DNA of 61,867 nt, counting the filler, from Chthonomonadaceae bacterium (GTDB lineage Bacteria; Armatimonadota; Chthonomonadetes; Chthonomonadales; Chthonomonadaceae): NCBI GenBank assembly GCA_035650735.1. It is 4 parts of 4 records of this genome, joined end to end, with 100 filler letters (N's around TTAATTAATTAA, not from the genome) between each part and the next. Parts side by side here need not be neighbours in the genome. Positions count along the whole stretch, not along the records: positions 39,023 to 55,988 come from DASRGZ010000027.1; positions 56,089 to 61,867 come from DASRGZ010000034.1; 2 more parts are not named here. The stretch is one strand, 5' to 3'. The notes beneath the pieces are model-generated. The model did not search any database, was not told the DNA's origin, and saw only the letters and a program-made list of their open reading frames with translations. Shown piece by piece: positions 46,798-57,052 of this stretch. Each line of letters opens with the position of its first letter. Positions within the stretch are counted from its first letter, which is position 1. The translations under genes and the position numbers were made by a program.

Positions 46798-48363
46798 CTA
46801 CCGGGACAGGGCCGAGGTTGTGGGTGAGCCCTGGAGCGTAGGCGAGAGCAGGTTGACGGCATTGAAGGGAATGACGGTCACCGAGCCGAGCGGGCGCACC
46901 GCGCTCTCAATGGCCTTCGCGTCGCCCACCAGAACGATCTGGGGATGCTCCAGGTTGAGGCTGGACATGATCGTGCGTATCTGCTGCGGCGTGACGGCCT
47001 GCACGCGCTGCGTGTATTGCGTCAGGTCGGAGGGGCCGTTGCCGTAGAGCACGGCGGGAATGAGGCGGGTCAGCACGCCGGGCGGTGTGGCCACGCTGAC
47101 GGCAAAGTAGCCGTTTAAGAAGTCCTTGCGCTCCTGCAACTCCTCGGGCGGGGTGAGTTCCCGGCTGAGCTTCAGCCCTTCCTGTAACGCCAATTGGATG
47201 ACCTCGGCGGTGGAGGCGTTCTTGGTGAAGGTGCTGATCTGGAAGGTGCCGGCCTGGGCGTTGCGGGAGAAGTAGCTTGCCACGCCATAGGTCAGGCCGC
47301 GCTTGACCCGGATCTCTTTGGTCAGGCGTCCCTCGAACTGCCCCAATCCCAGCACCGCCGTCGCTACCGTCCCGACGATACGGTTGGGATCGCGGTAGCC
47401 GGGCGTGAGCGTGCCGATACGAATTTCAGTCTGGGCGGCGCCGGGCCGGTCAATCAAGGTGATCTGGGGCCGCGTGGCGTGCGCGGCAGGCCCCGGCGTG
47501 GGCGGCGAGGGAGGCGAGGGCACCTCTTTGCGCTCCCAGACGCCGAACGCGGCCTGCGCCTTTTGCTCGGCCTGCTCCGGGGTGATGTCGCCGACCAGGA
47601 ACAGCGTGGCGGCGTTGGGCGCGAAGTAGGTATCGTGGAATTTCTGAAGGTCTTCCCGGGTGATGGCGCGCAGGGTGGCCGGCGTGCCGCTGGTGTAGTT
47701 ACCGTAGGGGTGCGCGCCGTAGACCAGGCGGTCGAACGCGGCGCTGGCCATCGTCGCCGGCTGCGAGAGGTCATAGCGGATCGCATTGAGCGTGCGGGTG
47801 CGGGCGCGTTCCAGCTCCGCCTCCGGGAACGTCGGATGCAGGGTGATGTCGGCGGCCAGGTCGAAAAGGGCGTCCGTGTAGACGCTCAGGCCGCTGGCAG
47901 CCACGATCAGGAAATCATCCTCGGCGCTGGCGCTCAGCGTCGCGCCCAAGCTGTCTACCGTATCGGCGATCTGGGTTGCAGTGCGCGTGGTCGTGCTCTT
48001 ATTGAGCAGGTCGGCGGCCATCTCCGCCAGCCCCACCCGGTCTTTGGGATCGCGGATGGTTCCGGCGGGAACCGCCAGGCGCAGCCAGAGGGCAGGCTGG
48101 GTGTGGTCTTCCAGCAGGAGGATCCGCAGGCCGTTGGGCAGCGTCTTCTGGACGATGGGCGGCAGGTGCAGGCGCGGCGGCGGACCGAGCGGCGGGGGCT
48201 TAACGCCGCCGGTTTCGGTCTGCGCGCCGGGCTGGTGGGGCGGCTGAGTCGGGTTGGCGCCCTGCCGCTGCGCGGAAGCGATGCCGGCGGGCAGCAGCAG
48301 CGCCAGCAGAAGGCACTGAACCCTTAGGGGCCGTAGCAAGGCAAACAAGGCTCGAAGCGGCAT
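46798..48363 (-). CDS. M16 family peptidase, non-catalytic subunit
   Basis: TLPNGLRILL, no HxxEH, RLTKEIRVKRGLTYG; signal peptide. Confidence 0.88.
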   Translation of the reverse strand: MPLRALFALLRPLRVQCLLLALLLPAGIASAQRQGANPTQPPHQPGAQTETGGVKPPPLGPPPRLHLPPIVQKTLPNGLRILLLEDHTQPALWLRLAVPAGTIRDPKDRVGLAEMAADLLNKSTTTRTATQIADTVDSLGATLSASAEDDFLIVAASGLSVYTDALFDLAADITLHPTFPEAELERARTRTLNAIRYDLSQPATMASAAFDRLVYGAHPYGNYTSGTPATLRAITREDLQKFHDTYFAPNAATLFLVGDITPEQAEQKAQAAFGVWERKEVPSPPSPPTPGPAAHATRPQITLIDRPGAAQTEIRIGTLTPGYRDPNRIVGTVATAVLGLGQFEGRLTKEIRVKRGLTYGVASYFSRNAQAGTFQISTFTKNASTAEVIQLALQEGLKLSRELTPPEELQERKDFLNGYFAVSVATPPGVLTRLIPAVLYGNGPSDLTQYTQRVQAVTPQQIRTIMSSLNLEHPQIVLVGDAKAIESAVRPLGSVTVIPFNAVNLLSPTLQGSPTTSALSR

Positions 48364-48365
48364 GG

Positions 48366-49832
48366 CTATCTCCTTCCCTCGTGGGACGCGCTCGCACCGA
48401 TGGAACGAACAGAGGGGCCGGCAGGAACGGCGGCTTTGGGCTGCATGGACGCCGGCAGCAGATAGAGGACATTGCGCTCGTCCGGCCCGAAATAGGTCTG
48501 CGCGACGCGCTGGATGTCGGCGGCGGTGACCGCCGCGAGCTTTTCATACTCCCGGTTGGCCTCTTCCGGCGTGCCGTAGAGCAGGTCGGCCTGGCCCAGG
48601 GCGCTGGCTTTCTGTTCGGTGGAGAGCCGGCCAAAGACCAGCCCGGTCAGCGCTTGGTTTTTCGCCTTGGTCAGTTCCTCCGGGCTGACCGGGCTGGAGC
48701 GCAGCTTGTCTACCTCCTCGACCAGCGCCTTCTCCACGACATCCGGCGCGACCCCGGCGTTGCCGATGGCAGAAAAGAAGAAGATGCCTCCGAGCTTGAG
48801 AGCCAGCACAGAGCCTTCTACCTCGGTGGCGATCTGCTTATCGCGCACCAGGGAGCGATACAGGCGCGAGCTCTCCCCGGTGGAGAGGATATGGGCCAGG
48901 ATCCGCAAGACGGGCGTGTCGGGGCTATCGGCGGGCGGCAGGCGGTAGGCCATGACGACCATGGGCAGCGGCGCCAGCTTGTCGTAGACGACCTGGCGCT
49001 TCTCGGCCGTCTGCTGAATGGGCGGGACCGGGTAGCGCGTGAACGGCTTTGTGGCCGCCGGGATCGGCCCGAAGTAGCGGCGAATCCGATCCAGAGCCTC
49101 GGCGCGCTTGAAGTCGCCGACCAGCACCAGGGTAGCGTCGTTGGGCTTGTAGTACTCGTTGTGGAAGGCGCGCACGTCGGCGAGCGTGGCGCGATCCAGG
49201 TCGGCCATCACGCCGATAGTCGGATGCGCGTAAGGATGGGAGGGCGGAAACAGCATGGCGTCCAGTATCTCCATCATCCTGCCGTAGGGCGCGTTCTCCA
49301 CGTCCAGCCGGTGTTCCTCTTCCACCACCGCGCGCTCGGATCGCATATTCTTCTCGTCCACGCGCAGCGAGGCCATGCGGTCGGCTTCCAGCCAGAGGAC
49401 GCGGTCGAGGGCGTTGTCGGGCACGGTCTCAAAGAAGAGCGTGCGGTCGTAGAAGGTGTTGGCGTTATACTGGCCGCCGATCTGCTCGATGTAGCGCGCG
49501 TGCTCTTCCGGCCCAACGTGGGCCGATCCCTTGAACATCAGGTGCTCGAAGAGATGGGCGAAGCCCGCCTTGCCGGGCGCTTCGTCCTTACTGCCCACAT
49601 GATACCAGATCTGGAGAGTCACCACGGGCGCGCGGTGGTCTTCCAGCGTGATGACCTTGAGGCCGTTGGGCAGCGTGGTCATCTGGTAGTTGAGGCGGGG
49701 CGGCTTGACGGATTGCGCGGCGGCCTCTGGATTGGGCGGCTGGGCGCGGGCCGGCAGGCCGGCGCTCGTCGCCAGCAGTACCGTGAGTATAAATGCGCCC
49801 CACCAACGTTGAGGATTTCGATTAAATTTCAT
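48366..49832 (-). CDS. M16 family zinc peptidase, catalytic subunit
   Basis: GFAHLFEHLMFKGS (HxxEH), NANT, EADRM; signal peptide. Confidence 0.92.
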   Translation of the reverse strand: MKFNRNPQRWWGAFILTVLLATSAGLPARAQPPNPEAAAQSVKPPRLNYQMTTLPNGLKVITLEDHRAPVVTLQIWYHVGSKDEAPGKAGFAHLFEHLMFKGSAHVGPEEHARYIEQIGGQYNANTFYDRTLFFETVPDNALDRVLWLEADRMASLRVDEKNMRSERAVVEEEHRLDVENAPYGRMMEILDAMLFPPSHPYAHPTIGVMADLDRATLADVRAFHNEYYKPNDATLVLVGDFKRAEALDRIRRYFGPIPAATKPFTRYPVPPIQQTAEKRQVVYDKLAPLPMVVMAYRLPPADSPDTPVLRILAHILSTGESSRLYRSLVRDKQIATEVEGSVLALKLGGIFFFSAIGNAGVAPDVVEKALVEEVDKLRSSPVSPEELTKAKNQALTGLVFGRLSTEQKASALGQADLLYGTPEEANREYEKLAAVTAADIQRVAQTYFGPDERNVLYLLPASMQPKAAVPAGPSVRSIGASASHEGRR

Positions 49833-49858
49833 GATTTTTCCTTGGCTGGAGGTGAGGG

Positions 49859-50806
49859 CTACTCCAGCGGGATCTCACGACGGACGACAGGCCCTCGGAT
49901 GCGGTCGCCCTCCCGGGTCAGGCCGGTGATCGTGTGGATGCCGAAGCGGAGCAGAAACGCGCGCGCCTCCGCAATGCCCATGCCGACCTCCGCAGGGCGG
50001 TGGCTGTCGTCGCCAAAACAGCAGGGAATGCCCATCACATGGGCCTGACGCATCAGCCAGGACGCGGGGTAGGGCTCGCCCAATCCCTTGCGCCAGCCTG
50101 CCGTGTTCAGGTCAAGAATGGCGTTATGGGCGCGTACAGCCTCCAGAGCGCGCCCGGCGGCGGCGCGCGCGCGCGGCGTGTGCAGGGCCTCCGTTGGGAA
50201 CCCCGCCGCCTTTACGTTCTTCTTGATCAGGTCCAGGTGCCCGACGACCTCGGGCCGCAGCGCCTCCACCATCTGCGCGACCGCCTCATAGTAGCGCACG
50301 GCCAGCGCTTCCGGTCCCCCACACGCTTCCACCGCCTGCGCGTATTTTTCCGGTCGGCCATCAATTTGAATCTCGTCCACGTAGTGCACAGAGCCGACGC
50401 AGTAATCGAAGGCGGGCGTGCCGTCGGGCAGCCTTTGCCCCCGGAAGGCGCGCATCTGGCGGACATAGTCGGCGGTCGGCACGACCTCGGCCTCGAAGCC
50501 CCGCAGCACGATCAGCCGGTCGGCAAATTCCTCTACCAGCGCGGGCAGAGCGGCGGTGTAGCGGGCGAAATCGGCCTGGATTTTGGGCACGTCCCAGCCG
50601 CGAGCGCGCTCTTCGCTATAAAGGAAGCGCTCCTCGCTGCGCGGCGCGTGCTCGCTGACGCCGAAGGTATGATACCCGGCGGCGACGGCGGCTTGCAGCA
50701 TCTCGCGCAAGGTGCCTACGGCATGGTCGCAGAACTCGCCGCTGTGCCCGCCGTGCAGCGACACTCTCCAGGGGGACGCGGCGCCTGCCGGAGTCGCGGT
50801 ATCCAT
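49859..50806 (-). CDS. PHP-family histidinol-phosphatase (HisJ/HisK type)
   Basis: SLHGGHSGEFC, SEHAP, GSVH, GHLDLIK, GDDSH. Confidence 0.85.
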   Translation of the reverse strand: MDTATPAGAASPWRVSLHGGHSGEFCDHAVGTLREMLQAAVAAGYHTFGVSEHAPRSEERFLYSEERARGWDVPKIQADFARYTAALPALVEEFADRLIVLRGFEAEVVPTADYVRQMRAFRGQRLPDGTPAFDYCVGSVHYVDEIQIDGRPEKYAQAVEACGGPEALAVRYYEAVAQMVEALRPEVVGHLDLIKKNVKAAGFPTEALHTPRARAAAGRALEAVRAHNAILDLNTAGWRKGLGEPYPASWLMRQAHVMGIPCCFGDDSHRPAEVGMGIAEARAFLLRFGIHTITGLTREGDRIRGPVVRREIPLE

Positions 50807-51118
50807 TGCTATCCTCCTGCAATGTCCTCCCGGCGCGGTGGATACACCCGATCCGGTCCTCGCCGCATCCTTACCTGCGGAGGGGGCATCCTGTCACGCC
50901 CTCGCCGCCAGGACGTTGATTCTACGATGCCAGGCGACAGGCGCCTGGAACCAGAATCGGATTATGACCGTCCTGTTTGCAGGAGGGCCGCTTAGGGCGC
51001 GCTCTCCGCAGGAAGGATAGCGAGATAAGGCGGGCGCAGGCTGGCTTTTAGACGACGACGCGCCCGGCAAAGTTTCTTTCGAATCGGGGCCGTGCCGCTC
51101 CGAGAAAGGAATAACCTG

Positions 51119-52012
51119 ATGAGCAGAGAGAAACAACCCTCTGATCTGTGTACGTGCGGAGCCAGGGGAGAAGTTCATGCGGCGGGCTGCCGTTGCCACC
51201 GAGCCGGGGAGTTCCTGGCCGCTCCGACCGCTGCCTATATGACCTCACGCCGGGCCTTTCTCCGCAGCCTGCTCGTCGGCGGGCTGACCGCGGCGACGCT
51301 GCCGCTGCTGGAGACGTCGGCCAGTGCGGATATCTTCACGCCCAGCGTCAGCGACCAGAAGCGGCTGGGAGAGCAGGCGGCGGCGCAGGTCTTGCAGCAG
51401 TATCATGAAGTCCGCGACAGCCGCGCCCGCGACTTCCGCCATGTCGGCGAGCGGCTGGCGGACTCTTTAAGCCCCCAGGAGCATGGGCCGTGGGACTATC
51501 GCTTCCGTGTGATCCAGAGCAAGGAAGTGAACGCCTTCGCGCTGCCGGGCGGCAATATGTTCATGTTCACCGGCCTGATGGACCGCATCCACTCCGACGA
51601 TGAGCTTGCCGCCGTCACCGGCCATGAGATGACCCATGTCCGCAAGCAGCACTGGGCCAAAGCGGTTGCCGAACGCACCAAGCGCGAACTAGGGCTGGGG
51701 ATAATCCTGGGATTGGCGCATGCCAATCAGAGCTGGCGGCAATTGGCAGGCGGCGTGGATACGCTCCTGACGCTGCGCTATTCCCGCAGCGAGGAGGACC
51801 AGGCGGACGCGGGCGGCCTGGCGAACATGGCCGAGGCCGGCTACGATCCGCACGGCATGCTCGACCTATTCCGTACGCTCCAGCAAGCGGCCAAAGGCAG
51901 CCCTACCTTGCCGGTGTTCCTGAGCGATCACCCGCTGACCCAGGATCGCATCCGCCACACCGAGGAGCGTATCGCCCAGATGGAGGAGGAAGCGCCGGGC
52001 GCCAGAGAGTGA
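51119..52012 (+). CDS. M48 metallopeptidase with Tat signal
   Basis: SRRAFL Tat motif, VNAFALPGG, HEMTH, YSRSEEDQAD, FLSDHP; start uncertain. Confidence 0.9.
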   Translation: MSREKQPSDLCTCGARGEVHAAGCRCHRAGEFLAAPTAAYMTSRRAFLRSLLVGGLTAATLPLLETSASADIFTPSVSDQKRLGEQAAAQVLQQYHEVRDSRARDFRHVGERLADSLSPQEHGPWDYRFRVIQSKEVNAFALPGGNMFMFTGLMDRIHSDDELAAVTGHEMTHVRKQHWAKAVAERTKRELGLGIILGLAHANQSWRQLAGGVDTLLTLRYSRSEEDQADAGGLANMAEAGYDPHGMLDLFRTLQQAAKGSPTLPVFLSDHPLTQDRIRHTEERIAQMEEEAPGARE

Positions 52013-52015
52013 GGA

Positions 52016-52918
52016 TTGGGGAATTTAAGGAGTCAGGCCATCGTGGATACCGGCTTGCAGGGCAAAGTCGTCCTGGTCACCGGAGCCAATCACGGCATTG
52101 GCGCGGCAACGGCGAAAGCCTTCGCGGCGGAAGGCGCTGCGGTCGCCATTACCTATCTGCGGCTGCCGGCCCGAGGTCGGGGGCCGGCAGCCGCCTCGAT
52201 CACGACTCCGGGGCTGGCCTTCTACTATGCGCAGCAGGCTCGGTCCGCCGACGAGGTTGTTCAGAGCATTCGGCAGCGGGGAGGGCGCGCGGAGGCCAGA
52301 GAAACCGACCTGGCCGTTCCGGAAAATATCGCTTCCCTGTTCGATTGGGCGGAGGCGGCGTTCGGCCCGGTGGAGGTGCTGGTCAACAACGCCGCTCACT
52401 GCGTGCCCGATACCTTCCTTCCCGCCAGCGTTCTGGGGCCGCAGGCGAGCGCGGTGGATGGGCAGAGGATCGAGACCCTCACCGCCGAGACCCATGATCG
52501 CCATTTTGCGGTCAACAGCCGCGCCGTCGCCCTGATGATGGCCGAGTATGCCCGCCGCCATATTGAGCGCGGGGCCGGCTGGGGCCGGATCATCAACATC
52601 AGTACCGACGGCGCCTCCGGCTTCACCAGCGAAATTTCCTACGGGGCGAGCAAGCACGCTCTGGAGAGCTACAGCCGCGCGGCGGCCTCCGAGCTGGGGC
52701 CTTATGGCATCACGGTCAATATCGTCTCGCCGGGGCCTATCCAGACGGGATACATTGCGCCGGATTTGGAAGCGGTCATCCTGCCGGCGATTCCGCTGCG
52801 GCGTATCGGCCAGCCGGAAGACATCGCCGACGTCATCGTTTTTCTGGCCTCCGAACAGGCCCGCTGGGTCACGGGGCAACTCCTCTACGTCGGCGGCGGA
52901 CACCAGATGCCCCTGTAA
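52016..52918 (+). CDS. SDR family oxidoreductase
   Basis: TGANHGIG, VLVNNA, YGASK, VSPGPIQT. Confidence 0.92.
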   Translation: MGNLRSQAIVDTGLQGKVVLVTGANHGIGAATAKAFAAEGAAVAITYLRLPARGRGPAAASITTPGLAFYYAQQARSADEVVQSIRQRGGRAEARETDLAVPENIASLFDWAEAAFGPVEVLVNNAAHCVPDTFLPASVLGPQASAVDGQRIETLTAETHDRHFAVNSRAVALMMAEYARRHIERGAGWGRIINISTDGASGFTSEISYGASKHALESYSRAAASELGPYGITVNIVSPGPIQTGYIAPDLEAVILPAIPLRRIGQPEDIADVIVFLASEQARWVTGQLLYVGGGHQMPL

Positions 52919-52956
52919 CCTTGCTCCCCTCTTGATCTACCCCCGGTAGAGCGAAA

Positions 52957-54828
52957 ATGGAAGGATCCTGCCGGCGCTCCCCTCAGGAGGATTCGCGCGC
53001 GGAGGCGTCCAAACAACTTCTGATGAAGTATCTGTTCTTGCAAATGACCCCGGTGGATGGCAAGGCCGGAACAGAGGCCGCGACAGCCGTCGCCGTGGAG
53101 ACGCCAGAGCGCGCTTCTTCTGAGCCGCCGCCTGCCGCCGGCAAGCGGCGAGTCGGCTGGTGGCTGGACCTGGCGCTGTTTCTGGCCCTGTTCCTGGCGG
53201 CGCTGCCCCTTAGCTACGCCTATACGCGGGGCGATTTCTGGGGCGATGAGTGCTCTTACGCGCTGGCGAGCGAGCATGGCTTTCAGGCCAATCGCTGGGA
53301 CCTTCCCGATAAGCCCGGCCAGCCAAGTCCACTCGTTATCCTCCGCCATTACCATCCGCCGCTGACCGCCCTGGCTATCGGCGTGGCGCGTCACTGGGGC
53401 AATTCCGAGCGCACCCTGCGCCTGCCTTTCGTGCTGGCGGGCGAGCTGACCGTCGGTCTGATCTATCTATGCGGCCTGACCCTGTTCGAAGGGCGGCGTG
53501 AGATTGGGGTGGCCTGCGCCGCGCTGCTGGCCGTCACCCCGGCCCATCTGCGTGCCTCCTCCCATGCGATCCCCTGGGCCTTTATCATTCTCTGGCTAAT
53601 GGCGCTGCTCTGGACGATGCTGGGATACGCCCGAACGCGCCGTCCCGGCTGGCTTGCCGGCACGCTGGCCGCGCTGGGGGCGATGTTCGTCACGTCAGAG
53701 ATGTTCTTTCCGGCGCTGCTGGCCGTCGTCGTCGCGCTGCCCGTGCTGCTGTGGCCGGATCGCACGCAGCCGGAAAAACGCAAGCCGCTTCTGGCGGCGG
53801 CCCTTGCCGGGCTGGCCGCCTTCTTTGTCCTCGTCGGGATAATATGGCCGGCGGGCCTGCTGGGCGGGATGTGGCGCATGTTCACGCACTATGCGCTGGA
53901 CGTGGCGAACCTGCCGGTAGCGGCCACGATTGGCGGTCAGACCTATACCCCAGCGCCGAAGTGGGCCTATCTCTACTGGTACTGGAACGACTACCGCCCC
54001 TACTTCCTCTGCTATGCGCTCGGCCTGCTGACGGCCCTGATCCTGCTGGCGCGGCGCAAGCTCTCTACTGCTGGCGGCGTGCTCCTGATCTTCACTGCCG
54101 TCATCCTCCTGACGGCGCATAAGGCCCATATCCTCGGCCCCGAGTATTTCGTCCACTGCCTGCCGCCGCTGACGCTGCTGGCGGGGCTGTTCTTCCTGGC
54201 CATCAGCCGCATTTATCGGCCACTCGGCATCGCCGTGATAGCGGCGATCTGCCTCTACCTGATTCCCTGGCGCGCACCGCGTCCGCTGATCGCCGGGCCG
54301 GAGCCGCGTCTGTGGATACCCTGGCGCGAACACAAGACTCTATCGGGCGTCGGAGAGCGTGAGCAGCTTGCCCGCTGGCCGGCGGCGGCGCGGTTTCTGG
54401 CGGCGCGCTGGCGTCCGGGAGACCGGCTGCTGATCGGGCCGCAGCCGCAGGACTATGCGCGCTGGTACGTGCGCGGCTATGCGGGCGTTCCCGCGCGGGA
54501 CGACGACCTGGTCGCCCTCCCGGCCCGCAAGCCGAGCGCGCCGTTTTTGAAGAAACTTTTATCCGGCGGCTACCGATATGTTGTCATAAGCAGCACCTTC
54601 CACGATCGGCCCGCCATAGAGCCGGCGATCTACCGGATCATCCAGACCTGGCCTATCGTGTGGCAGAGCGATGAGCAGGGCAAAGGCCCGTCACGCCTGA
54701 TTATCTATACCGTGCCTCCGGGCGTCAGCCCGCGCCATCCGCTGCCGCCGCCCAGATCGGTGGAAGCGCCCGCCCTGCCCGCGCCTGCCGATAATTCCTC
54801 TGAGACCGATAACGACGAGCAAGACTGA
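52957..54828 (+). CDS. ArnT/PMT-like (GT39/GT83) membrane glycosyltransferase
   Basis: WGDE...Y, HPPL, LRLP motifs and many TM segments; start may be ATG 53044. Confidence 0.78.
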   Translation: MEGSCRRSPQEDSRAEASKQLLMKYLFLQMTPVDGKAGTEAATAVAVETPERASSEPPPAAGKRRVGWWLDLALFLALFLAALPLSYAYTRGDFWGDECSYALASEHGFQANRWDLPDKPGQPSPLVILRHYHPPLTALAIGVARHWGNSERTLRLPFVLAGELTVGLIYLCGLTLFEGRREIGVACAALLAVTPAHLRASSHAIPWAFIILWLMALLWTMLGYARTRRPGWLAGTLAALGAMFVTSEMFFPALLAVVVALPVLLWPDRTQPEKRKPLLAAALAGLAAFFVLVGIIWPAGLLGGMWRMFTHYALDVANLPVAATIGGQTYTPAPKWAYLYWYWNDYRPYFLCYALGLLTALILLARRKLSTAGGVLLIFTAVILLTAHKAHILGPEYFVHCLPPLTLLAGLFFLAISRIYRPLGIAVIAAICLYLIPWRAPRPLIAGPEPRLWIPWREHKTLSGVGEREQLARWPAAARFLAARWRPGDRLLIGPQPQDYARWYVRGYAGVPARDDDLVALPARKPSAPFLKKLLSGGYRYVVISSTFHDRPAIEPAIYRIIQTWPIVWQSDEQGKGPSRLIIYTVPPGVSPRHPLPPPRSVEAPALPAPADNSSETDNDEQD

Positions 54829-55775
54829 TGAAATTGCAATTGCGAATCGCGATGGCCGCGCCGGGGCTGTTCCTGGCGCTCGCGCTCCTTTCCGGCATGG
54901 CAGTGCCCGCGGCCAACGGCCAGACAGACGCCTCCCTCCAGAAGACCTATCGGCTGCGTATTGAGAACCGGCAGTACGGCCGGATCGAGGTAAGCGCGGA
55001 CGGCGCCCACTATTTTCTGGTGGGCCGCGTGCTGCATCCGGCCACGGCGCTCGCTTCGGACAAGGTGGCGACCACGCCCGGCAGCGTGCTGCGCAGCGGC
55101 AATGCCGCCCTGACGTTCGCCGTCGCGCCCGGCAAGACGCTCAAGCTGCGTCCCTATACGAGCAGCCTGCCATCCGGCGCAGGCCGCAAGCGCCGGCATC
55201 CGAGCGTCGGTTCGCGAATGCAGGAGGCTTCCGCCATCATTACCAACCTGGAACCGGGACGCGGCCTCTTTGGCGAGCTGCTGCCGCCGTTCCGCTGCCC
55301 GGTGCGCCTGGAGACCGGCACGGAGGCGCTGATGGCCTTTCCCGCGGCCTATACGCCGACCGAGGACGATGTCTTCGTCTTTCTGGTGACACTGCCGCCT
55401 GCCCCCGCAAACGAGAAAGAGGCAGTTCGTCAGCGCGTGGAGAGGCTGGCGCAGGTGTATGCGGCGGGCGCCGTATCCCGCGCTCGCGCCGAAAACCGCA
55501 TGGTCGTCTCCGGCCTGCTGACCCTGCGCGCCAAGCTCCCTCCCGGCGAGCCGGACCCCATCGCCGCCGTCACCTACGCTATAGATAACCATGTGGTGGC
55601 CGCGCAAAACACGCCGCCGTTTGTCTACACCTGGGATACGCGCCAGGTTTCCGACGGTGAGCACGTCGTCGAGATACGCGCCCTCAACGGCGGCGGTGGT
55701 CTCCTGACGCGCGCCCGCGCCCTCATTGTCGTCCACAACGCCGCGTCGGAAGCCTCCGCGCCGCCCCCTATGTAG
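54828..55775 (+). CDS. Secreted protein with C-terminal Ig-like domain
   Basis: Signal peptide; C-terminal PPFVYTWDT..VSDGEHVVEIRA. Confidence 0.7.
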   Translation: MKLQLRIAMAAPGLFLALALLSGMAVPAANGQTDASLQKTYRLRIENRQYGRIEVSADGAHYFLVGRVLHPATALASDKVATTPGSVLRSGNAALTFAVAPGKTLKLRPYTSSLPSGAGRKRRHPSVGSRMQEASAIITNLEPGRGLFGELLPPFRCPVRLETGTEALMAFPAAYTPTEDDVFVFLVTLPPAPANEKEAVRQRVERLAQVYAAGAVSRARAENRMVVSGLLTLRAKLPPGEPDPIAAVTYAIDNHVVAAQNTPPFVYTWDTRQVSDGEHVVEIRALNGGGGLLTRARALIVVHNAASEASAPPPM

Positions 55776-55806
55776 GGAATCAGCCCTCACCCCCGGCCCC
55801 GTGTGC

Positions 55807-55859
55807 AGGGTGTAGGGGATAGGGTGTAGGGGATAGGGTGTAGGGGATAGGGTGTAGGG
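55807..55859 (+). repeat. 14-bp G-rich tandem repeat
   Basis: (AGGGTGTAGGGGAT) x about 3.8, flanked by two CCCTCACCCCC REP-like units. Confidence 0.88.
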
Positions 55860-55988
55860 TCGCCCTCACCCCCCGCCCCTCTCCCACGCTGCGGGAGAGG
55901 GGGAAGCGGATGATCCGGCTTCTGCTCTCCCTTCTGCCTTGCAGGGAGAAGGGCCGGGGAGGAGGGGAGAGAAGGCAGAACCGAAGAA

Positions 55989-56088
55989 NNNNNNNNNNNN
56001 NNNNNNNNNNNNNNNNNNNNNNNNNNNNNNNNTTAATTAATTAANNNNNNNNNNNNNNNNNNNNNNNNNNNNNNNNNNNNNNNNNNNN
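55989..56088. other. Artificial contig spacer
   Basis: N44-TTAATTAATTAA-N44. Confidence 0.97.
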
Positions 56089-57042
56089 GCCGAAGTCCTG
56101 TCTGAGGAGGACAAACTGAGGCTCGACATTGACATAGCCCCGCAAAAACTCCCCCGGACCGTTGCTGCTTATCCCCCAGAACTGCCCGTGACTGACTAGC
56201 CCATTGCGCACCACCCACGGCAGCACGCACAGCACAAACACCACCAAGCTAGCCAGCAAACCCCTCAGCCCCTGGCCCTGTCCATTCCGGCCCGTTCCTG
56301 CCTCTGCCTGCCCCTTCGTTCGCCCCTGCTTCTTCCAGGCCCAAAAGACCAGAGGCAGGAACACGAAGGGATAGAACAGAGGCAAGGGCTTTACCAGTGT
56401 GGCCGCTCCCACCACCAACCCGAACAGCGCTCCGGTGCTCACCGTAGGACGGCGGTAGAGGTTTAAGCCCGTCAGCGCCATCAGCACCAACAACAGCCCC
56501 AGGCTCGTCTCCACCTCCGTCATCCCCACATACCGGTAGACCTGAGGGGTCAGGGCGCACAGAAGACCGGCCACCAGGCCCGTGCGCTCTCCAAAGAGCT
56601 TACGCGCCAGAGCAAAGGCACTCAGACAGGTCAGGCCCACCATCAGGCACTGAGCCAGCAAGACAGGCCGATAGACCAGGGCCTCGGGGCCGGAGGAACC
56701 GCAGAGCCGGAGCAGGAGGGCAGCAAAAGCCGGATAGAGGGGAGCGCGTCGGAGGGTAGGGCCGTAGCCGAGGCTGAAGCCGTCTCCGTGGGCCAGGTGT
56801 CGGGCCAGTTGTCCGAAGCCGTTGAGGTCGATGACGGGTTGGATGAGGCCCTGGCGGGGGTAGAGCAGGAAGGCGTAGACGTAAGCTATCACAGACCCTA
56901 ACAAGAACACAAACAGGCCAGGGAGCAGAGACGCTCTGGCCCGCGGCCTGTCCGCGCCGGGCTGCTCCCGTAAGCCCAGGGGCTCCAGTGAACCCGGTTG
57001 TTTCTCGATAACGGCGAGCTTTTCTTCCATGCCTGCGTCCAT
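56089..57042 (-). CDS. ArnT/PMT-like membrane glycosyltransferase (3' end lost at contig end)
   Basis: RAPLYPAFAA, TEVET, ATLVKP, PWVVRN motifs; multi-TM. Confidence 0.78.
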
Positions 57043-57052
57043 CCCCCAGCTC

